Source of the DNA: an uncultured Planctomycetaceae bacterium
GTDB taxonomy: Bacteria > Planctomycetota > Planctomycetia > Isosphaerales > Isosphaeraceae
Assembly: GCA_963833985.1 (NCBI GenBank)
Contig: CAWIAD010000002.1
Coordinates: 6,048,001 to 6,112,000, forward strand
Reading direction: 5' to 3'
DNA length: 64,000 bases
Shown: in pieces, positions 11,614 to 20,686 of the stretch
How positions within the stretch are numbered: the first letter of the stretch is position 1
How the letters are laid out: the number at the start of each line of letters is the position of its first letter
Program-made: the position numbers and the translations under genes
Notes under the pieces: generated by a model
Told to the model about the DNA's origin: nothing
The model's database searches: none
What the model saw: only the letters and a program-made list of their open reading frames with translations

Positions 11614-12072
11614 ATGAAGCGCGGCAAGCCGAATCCAGAGATCGTCGACCGCATGGCCAGCGAATGCCTGGCCGTCCGCGTGCGGCTGATCAACCGGGTG
11701 ATCACGGGCCTGTACGACGCCGCCCTGCGGCCGTTCGGCCTGCGCATCAGCCAGGCGAACATCCTGGCGGCCGTCGGCAAGCTGGGCGAGGTTCGCCCCG
11801 CTGACCTGTCGCGCATCTTGCGGATCGAGAAGTCCACCCTCAGCCGTGACGTCGAGCTCATGAAGCGAAACGGCTGGCTGGCATCAGAACCGCCCGGCGG
11901 AGGCCGGAACCAGAAAGTCCGGCTCTCGCCAGAAGGGACTCAGCTCCTGATCCGGATGGGCCCTGCTTGGGAGAAGGCCCAGCGCGAGACTCAAGAACTG
12001 GTCGGCCCACGGGGAGAAAGCGCCGTCCATGAGATGGCCGGACGGCTCGGCTTCGGACAGAGCAATCGTTGA
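11614..12072 (+). CDS. MarR family transcriptional regulator
   Basis: 152 aa; YDAALRPFGLRISQANIL, winged HTH IEKSTLSRDVELMKRNGWL. Confidence 0.9.
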   Translation: MKRGKPNPEIVDRMASECLAVRVRLINRVITGLYDAALRPFGLRISQANILAAVGKLGEVRPADLSRILRIEKSTLSRDVELMKRNGWLASEPPGGGRNQKVRLSPEGTQLLIRMGPAWEKAQRETQELVGPRGESAVHEMAGRLGFGQSNR

Positions 12073-12112
12073 TCGAGCCAATCAAGCTGTTGCCAGCCCG
12101 TGCAGCTCGCAA

Positions 12113-12126
12113 GTTGTATCTACAAC
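12113..12126. promoter_or_regulatory. Second copy of the palindromic operator (GTTGTATCTACAAC), upstream of the Fe-S gene
   Basis: Exact reverse complement of 11594-11607; lies about 35 nt before ATG 12162. Confidence 0.7.
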
Positions 12127-12161
12127 ACGGTGCGACCTTTCACTTCCTCGGGAGAACGTTC

Positions 12162-13492
12162 ATGTCGAGAGTTGACGACCATCCGACCGTGATCCGGCAT
12201 CGCCAGACCGGCGCGCCGCGGCGCCAGAGATCGTGGACGCCCGGTGGCTGCGCCAGGTTTGCCTTGAGGCCGGGGCCGACGATGTGGGGTTCCTGGCGAT
12301 CGACCGGCCCGAGCTCGACGATCAGCGGGAGGACATCTTGCGCGTGTGCCCCTGGACCAGGGGGCTGGTAAGTCTTGTCTGCAAGATGAATCGCGAGCCG
12401 ATCCGCATCCCGGCCCGGTCAATGGCGAACCTCGAGTTCCATCACACCGGTGATCGGACCGATGAGGTAACGCGTGCCATCGTCGCGGCGCTGGAGGCGC
12501 GGGGGCACCGCGCCGTCAATCCGGCGATGGGATTCCCGATGGAAATGAACCGTTTCCCCCGCAAGGCCTGGGTGATCTCGCACAAGCCGGTCGCCGTGGC
12601 CGCGGGGCTGGGGCATATGGGCATCCACCGCAACGTCATCCATCCCCTGTTCGGCAACTTCATCCTCCTGGGCACGGTGCTGGTCGACGCCGAGATCTCT
12701 GAGGAAGGCCGGCCACTTGACTACAACCCTTGCCTGGAGTGCAAGCTGTGCGTCGCGGCCTGCCCCGTGGGAGCGATCAGCGCCGATGGACATTTCGACT
12801 TCTCGGCCTGCTATACGCACAACTATCGCGAGTTCATGAGCGGATTCGGCAACTGGGTCGAGAACGTGGTGGAGAGCAAGGATGCCGCCGATTACCGCAC
12901 CCGCGTCAGCGACAGCGAAACGGCCTCGATCTGGCAAAGCCTGAGCTTTGGACCGAACTACAAGGCCGCCTACTGCATGGCGGTCTGCCCGGCGGGCGAG
13001 GACGTGATCGGCCCGTTTCTGAAGGACCGCAAGGGATTCCTGAAGAGCGTGGTTGACCCGTTGCAGCAGAAGGAAGAGACAGTCTACGTCGTCCCCGGCT
13101 CGGACGCCCAGACATATGTGGCCCGACGTTTCTCGCACAAGACCGTCAAGCCCGTCTCCAACGGCCTGCGCCCGACCTCGATCCGCGGCTTCCTGGAGGC
13201 CCTCCCGTGGCTCTTCCAGCGCGACAGGTCCAGGGACCTCTCGGCCGTGTATCACTTCACGTTCACCGGTACGGAGCCCGACCATGCCACCGTGGTGATC
13301 CGCGACCGGACGATTCACGTCGAGCCGGGCCATGCCGGATCCCCGGATCTGAGCGTGAAGGCAGACAGCCGCGCCTGGCTGGGTTTCGTGCGAAAGGAAC
13401 GCAGTCTGGTCTGGTCGTTATTGACCCGGCGCATCCGCCTCAAGGGATCACCCCGCCTGCTCATGGCATTCGGCAAGTGCTTCCCGTCCTGA
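12162..13492 (+). CDS. QueG/reductive-dehalogenase-like 4Fe-4S protein with a C-terminal SCP2 sterol-binding domain; frameshift near 12220
   Basis: SHKPVAVAAGLGHMGIHRNVIHPLFG, CLECKLCVAACP, CMAVCP; C-terminal SCP2-like VYHFTFTG...RRIRLKGSPRLL. RBS GGAG precedes ATG 12162. Confidence 0.8.
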
Positions 13493-13536
13493 GTGTTTTC
13501 AGTGGGCTCGGACGCCAACCGCGGAGCCGGCTGGCG

Positions 13537-13914
13537 TCACGCAAACCGCATGAGCAAAATCAGCGAGGCCACGGCCATCACGATTCCGGCAACCTCGGCC
13601 GCGCTCAGCGGCTCCTTGAAGGCGATGGCGCCGATGGCCGTCAGCATCAGGATCATCGAGACCGAGTAAACGACGCCGATGGTCGCCAGTTTCAGGTGGC
13701 GCATCACATACAACCAACCGAATGCCGTCGAGGCATAGACAGCGAAACCGAGATAGAACCAGCCGGATCGCAGAGGGGACTTCTGGGCGCTCGCGAGCTT
13801 GAGCAAGAAGTCGCCGATCACGCCGACGGCGCTGAACCCCAGGGTGACCAGAATCGGCAAATGGCTCTTCAACGGAGTGACGATTCCACACCACGCTTGC
13901 CGGTGAAATTCCAC
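13537..13914 (-). CDS. Small multidrug resistance/DMT-family membrane protein
   Basis: About 125 aa with four hydrophobic segments and an FKEPLS motif. Confidence 0.7.
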   Translation of the reverse strand: MEFHRQAWCGIVTPLKSHLPILVTLGFSAVGVIGDFLLKLASAQKSPLRSGWFYLGFAVYASTAFGWLYVMRHLKLATIGVVYSVSMILMLTAIGAIAFKEPLSAAEVAGIVMAVASLILLMRFA

Positions 13915-14409
13915 GACGGGCGAAGACCTCGCCGCTCACCAGGCTTCGATCCGTTCACCAACGTGCCCAGGCGAGTTCTCTCTTCAGCGCCGCAAAGCCG
14001 TACGCTTGTTCTCGGTGAACCTGAGCCATCCGGACAAAACACCGGATCAGGCACTCAGGCGGTGGAAGCTTCGGATTGGAGAAGCCATCGATCGCAGGCG
14101 AGGTCTCGCTCGCGCAGAGTCCCGTCAGGGCTCATGCAATCAACTTTCAAAGAAGGCGTCGGAACGTCCGGCCAGGGCACTCCAGTGACGTTCTCCCATT
14201 CCGTGGCACGGGGGTCCGAGCCTGCCGCGCCCAGTACCTGAATTACAAACCATTGAATCAAAACCGCTTGGGCCTGCTTGAGGCGCAGATCAATTTCCCG
14301 TCTCGTCTTCTTCCGGGACGTCAAAATCGTTGCCGTCCTCACGCTCGGCCCAGGCTTACGCCGATACAATGCGCATGATTTGTGTACTGGCAAACCAGCA
14401 GGAACATCA

Positions 14410-15276
14410 ATGCGGGTCGTTCGGGTTCTGCTCATCCTCGGCCTGGCCTGTTCGACCGGCTGCACGAGCAGTCGGCTTCGCCAGCGGACGATCAACCAGG
14501 GCAGCACCCTGCCGGAGTTGCAGTTCCAGCAAGTCATGGACAACCTCGCCAAGTTCGCGACGAATCCCGCCGCCCTGCCATGGCACGTCAACCTGAGAGA
14601 GGGGACCACCCAGGTCACCGACTCACTCACCGGGGGTGCGGCGCTGGACATCGGTCCGCCGGTCACCTGGTTTCCGCAGCTCCTGGGGTCGAGGACCGCC
14701 GTCGCCCAGTGGGGCATGTCGCCGGTGATCGATGCGACCGAGCTGCGCCTGCTCCGGATCGCCTACCGCCGCGCGCTCGGCGCACCCGACATGCCCTCGC
14801 CCGAGTTCCTTGACGAGTTGACCCATGAGCTGAAGGACCAGCTCGCATCCAACTCCGACCTGAGGGACGAGTCGGAGTTCTTTTACGAGTTCCAGAGCCG
14901 GGCCAACCGCAGCGCCCGGGAGCTGGATGCCCACGTGATCACGACCAACGACGATACCGTCTGTGGCGACCTCGAACCCTTGCGTGATCGCTCGCCGCTG
15001 GCGAGGAACGTCTGCCGGAAGGTCGGAGTGATCCAGAGCGACCTCGCCAGGATCCAGCCCGGCTGGTTCCACGTCGGTGATAAGCGCGACGTTCCGAAGG
15101 ACGCCTGCTACGTCGGCAAGAGCGGCAACTGCTATGTTTGGGTGGGTCCTGAAGGACGCGATCAGCTCACCGAGTTTACCCTGACCGTGCTGAAGCTCTC
15201 CTCCCTGATCAAGGAGACGCAGACGCTGATCAACCCGGGCTCGGTCAAGTTCTCGCCGGGCGATCGGGGCGGGTAA
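14410..15276 (+). CDS. Hypothetical lipoprotein
   Basis: MRVVRVLLILGLACSTGC lipobox-like N-terminus; coding-like GC-rich codon usage. Confidence 0.65.
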   Translation: MRVVRVLLILGLACSTGCTSSRLRQRTINQGSTLPELQFQQVMDNLAKFATNPAALPWHVNLREGTTQVTDSLTGGAALDIGPPVTWFPQLLGSRTAVAQWGMSPVIDATELRLLRIAYRRALGAPDMPSPEFLDELTHELKDQLASNSDLRDESEFFYEFQSRANRSARELDAHVITTNDDTVCGDLEPLRDRSPLARNVCRKVGVIQSDLARIQPGWFHVGDKRDVPKDACYVGKSGNCYVWVGPEGRDQLTEFTLTVLKLSSLIKETQTLINPGSVKFSPGDRGG

Positions 15277-15490
15277 CCCAGGCGGCGCGTTGTGAGCCGT
15301 GCGGAGTGCTGACCTGAGACACTCCTGAAAACCGAATGCTGAAACGCGGACCGATCGGGTCATCTCCGTCATCCAGGCAGATGCTGCGGGATTTGACCCC
15401 GATCACACCCACTTACCCGCGATCTGCTGGCGGATGAAGTATTCATACTGGCACAATTGTTTATTCACGCCCTCCCCCCTCACCGCTTCA

Positions 15491-15919
15491 TCAGTCGAGC
15501 CAGTTCTCGACTCGCAAGCCTGGCACTCTCTCGAAATCGGCTCGGTTGGCGGACAGGAGAAGTGCGTGGTTGACCAGAGCCGTCGCCGCGATTCAGAGAT
15601 CCCTTGAGTCGATGCGAAGCTTCTGCGGGCGGAGATCATCAAATCGTCGGGCCGCTGCCTCATCGAACGGCACAATTTCGAACTCTTGGTAAAACTCGAA
15701 CAGCAAGGCCAGCTCGCGATAACCGGCGACTAGCCGAAGCGCCGTTTTCTCCTTGGCGATCACGGCCAGCCAGCCGCGCATCCGTTCCTCGACCGTGACA
15801 ATGGCCACACCTATGACTTCGGATGCCGGGACTGAATTGAGTCGATCGATCATTCGACGGCCGCGTTCACTGTCGGGGTATTTCAGGAACGTCGTATGGT
15901 CCGTGTCAAGGAGGATCAT
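15491..15919 (-). pseudogene. vapC: VapC (PIN) toxin interrupted by an in-frame TGA at 15593-15595
   Basis: MILLDTDH...VTVEERMRGWL...IVPFDEAAA...RDL*IAATALVNHALLLSANRADFERVPGLRVENWLD*. The canonical VapC C-terminus continues in frame after the stop. Confidence 0.85.
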
Positions 15920-16128
15920 TCGGCCAACTTTCCGCCCCGCGCCGCCTCCCGTTCGGCCTCACGGACGCGCATGCATTCCTCGTCGACCCTGCGCATGAAT
16001 TCGCTGTCGCGGAACATGCCGACCACATTGCGCCAATCTTTGCGGGAGCGGTCGACTTCCTTCGTCGCAATGACCTTCTCCAAGGCCTCGACTCGTTTGG
16101 CGAGGGATTCCAAGGTCAAGTCACTCAT
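15916..16128 (-). CDS. Probable antitoxin of the VapC pair
   Basis: 70 aa (MSDLTLESLAKRVEALEK...KDWRNVVGMF), GGAGGAG RBS, 4-bp overlap with the vapC start. Confidence 0.75.
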   Translation of the reverse strand: MSDLTLESLAKRVEALEKVIATKEVDRSRKDWRNVVGMFRDSEFMRRVDEECMRVREAEREAARGGKLAE

Positions 16129-16708
16129 TGCGTCTCCTCCAGACACTCAAACAGCCCCCCACAATCCTACTTTGCCAGGCTCACTTCTTGGAATGCGTCT
16201 TGGTGTGACTCCTCGCGCCTCCGATCCGGGTCCCGAGACTCAGCCGCTGCGCAGCAGGACGATGATGGCGTCCTTGACCGAAGGCGTCAGGCGGTGACGG
16301 TTCGCGACAAACTCCCGTAGTGCCGCGTCTTCGCGGACAGTGAGCAGTCAGCAGGGCGGACAGTTGACTCAACGACTATGATGCAAAACGACTTGTCAAA
16401 CGGCGACTTCGGCAGCAATTCCGGTGTCACTGAGCCGGTGAGGGGGGCTCCACGGCGGTGGACGGAAGAGAGAGTCAAGGGGTTGGATTGACGGACCAAG
16501 TGACGGGGACGCCCTTGCGCCTCGTCGTCCCGTTGGTGCCTCTTCGGCTGCGGTTTGTTTCGCAGGAACATTTCACGATTGAACGCTCTCGCATTCTGAA
16601 TTCTGGCTCGTGAGGGACCGGCCGAGAAGTGGCATAGCATCCGGTTGACCAGCTGCTTGATTCTCAAGCCTCCAGCCAGTCTCGTGGGCCGTCTGCCGAT
16701 CGTTCGTT

Positions 16709-16801
16709 TGTACCAGGAAGTGCCGCACGCCCTTGTGCGCTGTCACGCCCGCCGGGCGTCTTGCGTTGGTACAGAAACTGGTACAGGGCCATTTGGTAGA
16801 G
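16709..16801. repeat. Cluster of TGGTA(C/G)AG motifs (three direct, one inverted)
   Basis: TGGTACAG 16767-16774 and 16779-16786, TGGTAGAG 16794-16801, inverted TGTACCAG 16709-16716. Confidence 0.5.
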
Positions 16802-16969
16802 AAAATTAGCCGGACGCGCGCCGCTATGGACGCGACATAAAACTCGACCATCACAACACTTCAGCGGAGAGGACAGGACGCCAATTGAACTTTTTCTGGC
16901 CGGTGTCCGGGGCTGGGAAGCTGGTTTGCGGCGGCGGATGGATGACGGAAGGTCCAATTCGGATTGATG

Positions 16970-17992
16970 TTAGGGACGAAGACCGGAGTCGTTCTCAACG
17001 CCAAGCCGGTCCCACACATGAATCATCTGTGCTTGTTCAGCCGAAAGCCAATCAGCGACATCGTGTCCGTGACTCCTGCCACTACGATCCCAAATCCAGT
17101 AGGCATGAAGACCGATTGTATCCTCTGTTGGCAGAACCCTGTCGAGCCCCCAGGTGGAGAACAGCTTCCTTGAGCCCCGGTAGAGCCACGAGCACATGTC
17201 GGCCATGCTGCCACTGGTCTCGTTGGTGGCGAGTGCATCCGCGTAATGCAGGAGAGCAGCGTAGTCGGCATCCAGTTTCGTGTTGCGGAACTCTTTCCCC
17301 GGCGTGTCTTTCTCCCCGTACTTCAGCATGAACACGCACCAAAGGGCGAGGCTGCTCCGAGCGTGGTGGAAGGCGAACCATTCGGGGCCGAGTCCGTCCT
17401 CGGCCCCCTTGATGTACACGTCACTCGCTTCTTGGCGTCCATGCGCCAGTTGAATCCAGCGCTTTACCATCCGCTCTTGGTTTACCAGATCATCCATCTG
17501 GGGGCCGAGATTTTTCCCTTGACCCAGTTCCCGGCGAATCTGCCCGTAGGGGACGGAGCAGATTTCGCAGAACGTGCGGCACAAATGGACGAGTGCTTCA
17601 ACGGAATCCACCTCCCGTTGCTGGTAAGCGGGCCTCGTCAAAGACCGCAACTCGTCCGGTGCCTGCTCGCTGCGCTTGCCGAACCAGTACCTTGTCCGTT
17701 CGGTGAGAGACTTGTCGAAAGGCCCTCCCACGGGGGCTTTTGCCGTAAGCTCCTCTTTCAGCAATTCCCCGGTGTGCCGCCAGACCTCGATGGCATCGGC
17801 GAATTCCCACAGCTTGCGTTGAGCCTCGCTCCAGAGAGTGTCTCGGCTCCCGGTGCAGAGTTCGTAAACCAAGGTGTCCGTCAGGACGAAGGTGCAGCCG
17901 CACATGCGCAGCGCACGCAGCCTGCGGCACGACCTGCTTTCGGCTTGCAGGAAGCTCTTGTCGAGAATCACCTTGCGGCTGGTTTCGGCCAT
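16970..17992 (-). CDS. Hypothetical protein: PIN-like nuclease fold with a C-terminal DUF2934-like domain
   Basis: KVILDKSFL...FVLTDTLVYEL...LDADYAALLHYADALATNE acidic pattern; C-terminal EDTIGLHAYWIWDRSGRSHGHDVADWLSAE matches the DUF2934 pattern (AY..W...G...G....DW..AE). Confidence 0.6.
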   Translation of the reverse strand: MAETSRKVILDKSFLQAESRSCRRLRALRMCGCTFVLTDTLVYELCTGSRDTLWSEAQRKLWEFADAIEVWRHTGELLKEELTAKAPVGGPFDKSLTERTRYWFGKRSEQAPDELRSLTRPAYQQREVDSVEALVHLCRTFCEICSVPYGQIRRELGQGKNLGPQMDDLVNQERMVKRWIQLAHGRQEASDVYIKGAEDGLGPEWFAFHHARSSLALWCVFMLKYGEKDTPGKEFRNTKLDADYAALLHYADALATNETSGSMADMCSWLYRGSRKLFSTWGLDRVLPTEDTIGLHAYWIWDRSGRSHGHDVADWLSAEQAQMIHVWDRLGVENDSGLRP

Positions 17993-18108
17993 TCTTTCCT
18001 CAATAGTCCTCGCCGGTTGGTTCCGGCAAAGAGCTTTATCGGATCACGATCACGGAGACAGTAAGGCTGAAGTCCTTTGGCTGAGGTAGTTCATCACCCG
18101 TCATCCGG

Positions 18109-18441
18109 CTACTGGCCCTCGCTTTCGAGGAATGCCAGCACTCGGTCCAAACGCCGATCGTCCAGGTTGGCCATCTTGCGAAACACGTCGGGGCGCTGGA
18201 GGATGCGGTGACGGATGGCGTCGGGGATTTTTTCGGCGAGGAGCAGCAGCTCGTCGGGGTCCGCGTCCAGGGCGGTGGCCAGCTTGACAATCAGCTCGTT
18301 GCTGGGGAATTCGCCGAACGAGAGCTTCTGGTTCTCGATCTTGCTGAGGTAGGTAAACGTAACCCGCACCTTCTTCGCAACGTCCCGAAGGGTCAGATTC
18401 TTCGCCTGCCGTAGCTCGCGAATCCGCGTGCCGAAGATCAT
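18109..18441 (-). CDS. XRE-family HTH transcriptional regulator
   Basis: FGTRIRELRQAKNLTLRDVAKKVRVTFTYLSKIEN; AGGAGG RBS. Confidence 0.9.
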   Translation of the reverse strand: MIFGTRIRELRQAKNLTLRDVAKKVRVTFTYLSKIENQKLSFGEFPSNELIVKLATALDADPDELLLLAEKIPDAIRHRILQRPDVFRKMANLDDRRLDRVLAFLESEGQ

Positions 18442-18473
18442 CGGTTCCTCCTGCTTGCTGTCCCTTTGCCTTC

Positions 18474-18502
18474 ATCGTAAGATGGTAGCACGAGATAGTC
18501 AA
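18474..18502 (-). promoter_or_regulatory. Sigma70-like promoter for the HTH gene
   Basis: Minus strand TTGACT (18502-18497), 17-nt spacer, TACGAT (18479-18474). Confidence 0.6.
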
Positions 18503-18721
18503 CAAGTCGGTGGCGGTCGACATGAGCGACGAACGACATGGCGAATCCAGCCCACCAACGAACCGCGTAGGGAAGCCGCCAACACGAACGATTCGCTGTG
18601 TAGGTCTTCGCGGGGATTCTGAAATCAGAAGAAGGCATTTCGCCGCGCCGCTGCGTTCGCCCTTTGGAGATCGAAGGTTTCTTCCTGGATAGCCAATAAT
18701 CTAGCAGAGAGAGAGACTGGG

Positions 18722-20686
18722 ATGGGCGGCAAACTCCTCAAGACATTTTTGTCGACTGCGGTTTTAGTGTTCGTCTGCGGAACGCTCGTCGTGCTTTTGA
18801 CGCGAACGCCCACGGACGCCCGCAAAACCGGGGAGAAACCGAACGTCGCACCGGAGCCTACGCCAGTTACAGCCCCCGACCATATCCTACGTCTAACTGA
18901 AGCTGGCTGGGATCGCCGCGCCGCTGAGGCGGTCGTCGAGTTGAATAGGGAGTGGTTCACAATCCAGGCAGAAGAAAACGCTGCTGGTCTGGAACTTCAG
19001 CTTAAGCTACTGGACGGTTTAGGTCAGTATCCGACGCTGGCTCGCTTCATTTCACAGCATCCAGAAACAGCGGGGCTGCTGGCCGCTGCTGACGATCCTG
19101 AACTGATCGCAGCGGGACTTGATTCCGCCAACGAGAATTACGAGATCGTTGCCGGACTCTACGTGCAACACGCTGCGCCATCTGACGCTGTAGAGGTTGC
19201 CGAGGCGCTGAAGGCGAATAGTGAGCTGATTTGCACACTGCGCAGGCGGGGTCTGCTCGGTTGCGAAGTGCTGTTCATCTTTGACCGAAAGGACGTGGCT
19301 GCCGGGGAATACGAGACATGGCTTCGCGAGGTGATCCAAGCCAAATCCGCAGCATCCGACACTGAATTCGCGTCGTTCGTCAACCTTGCTATGCGCCACG
19401 GCCCTGCTCTCCGCGAACGGTTGAAGAAGAGTGCGAACTTCCGTCGCCACTTCCGGAATGAACTGTGGCCTCGACTGTCCCGAGTAGTCGAAGGCGAGCA
19501 AGGGATGTTCGAGCACTACCTCGACAAGGAACGCATCTGGGATTTGCTTGACCTCGAAAACGGGGAAGAGTTGCTGAAGCGATGTGGACTTCTGCCGATC
19601 GACCTACTCTATGGCTATCCGGAGATTGACCACCCGCCGTACCCGAAAACCCTGCATGACAAGATCGTGCAAGTGCTCCTGCGACGTGAGGACCGCACGA
19701 TTCATGCCCTCATGAAATTCCGCCGCGAGCCGCTGTTCCACAAGTTCATGCAGCGTGACCTATCGTCCGACACTTTTTCGGCTGCGCTGACACAGCTATT
19801 CAATGCCGGGCCGAATTCGCCCGACAAGCTGGCACTCTACGCGAGACTCGACGATACAGCCCTAGCAGATGAAGTCGGCCCGCCGACTTCAGGAATCGTC
19901 ACTTGGATACCGTTCTACTACACGGTCTACGAGGTCCCCAAAAAGCTGCTGCAGGGAAGAGACCCGACCGGTCTGGACTTGTTCTCGGCCGCGGTCGATC
20001 CCGTGTTCCTTGTGATCGACGTGTTTACGGGCGGGGGTACCGCGGCCGGCCGCAAAGCGCTGCTTGTTGGCGGTAAGGAAGCCACGGGTGCAGCGACTCG
20101 CAAGCTCGCGGAGAAGAGTGGAGAAAAGCTGCTTGTCACGACGCTGCGAGATACTGGCCTGGAACTCGCCCGCAAACAAGTCGGTAAAGAGGTCGCCGAA
20201 AAGATGGGTGAGAAAGAACTGATTAACTGGACGGTCACCGGAACGATGTCAGAGATGCAACAGGCGTTACGGACCACGATTGGCAAGGCGACGACGTTCG
20301 AGATTACCAGGCCCGTTCAATTTATGTTTCAGTACAGTCGAGTGGGCCGAGAAACTTGGAGACGCTTCACCGGAATGGAAGCAAGGCTTTTCATGCGAGG
20401 CGACGCTAAGGTTTATGTCCGGATCTCAAATCTGGCCGGGGCAGTCGTTGGAAGCCGCGGCGCCGCTTTTTTCGAGCGTACGGCACAGGATCTCGCTCTT
20501 GGCTCAGCGTTCGAAAGCAAACCCGGGAAAGATGTCCTGCATGAGGGTGTCAAACGTGTCATCTCAACCAAAGAGCAATTGCGATCATGGCAGCAGAACG
20601 CGTCGGCTTGGTGGCTTCTTAACGCAAGCCACAGTACCGCTCAAGCTGAACGGGAAGAGTTGCCACGACAAGGAGCGCAACAATGA
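18722..20686 (+). CDS. Operon gene A: hypothetical N-anchored membrane protein (654 aa)
   Basis: Long intact ORF in lower-GC DNA; N-terminal TM FLSTAVLVFVCGTLVVLL; stop overlaps the next ATG (ATGA). Confidence 0.85.
   Translation: MGGKLLKTFLSTAVLVFVCGTLVVLLTRTPTDARKTGEKPNVAPEPTPVTAPDHILRLTEAGWDRRAAEAVVELNREWFTIQAEENAAGLELQLKLLDGLGQYPTLARFISQHPETAGLLAAADDPELIAAGLDSANENYEIVAGLYVQHAAPSDAVEVAEALKANSELICTLRRRGLLGCEVLFIFDRKDVAAGEYETWLREVIQAKSAASDTEFASFVNLAMRHGPALRERLKKSANFRRHFRNELWPRLSRVVEGEQGMFEHYLDKERIWDLLDLENGEELLKRCGLLPIDLLYGYPEIDHPPYPKTLHDKIVQVLLRREDRTIHALMKFRREPLFHKFMQRDLSSDTFSAALTQLFNAGPNSPDKLALYARLDDTALADEVGPPTSGIVTWIPFYYTVYEVPKKLLQGRDPTGLDLFSAAVDPVFLVIDVFTGGGTAAGRKALLVGGKEATGAATRKLAEKSGEKLLVTTLRDTGLELARKQVGKEVAEKMGEKELINWTVTGTMSEMQQALRTTIGKATTFEITRPVQFMFQYSRVGRETWRRFTGMEARLFMRGDAKVYVRISNLAGAVVGSRGAAFFERTAQDLALGSAFESKPGKDVLHEGVKRVISTKEQLRSWQQNASAWWLLNASHSTAQAEREELPRQGAQQ

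Noticed and set aside
15380..15405. attL copy of the tRNA-Ser 3' end (GCGGGATTTGACCCC)
   Set aside because: Only a loose resemblance to GGTGGGATTCGAACCC; too degenerate to call.
16140..16960. Short ORFs or integrase remnant
   Set aside because: No recognisable motifs in any frame.
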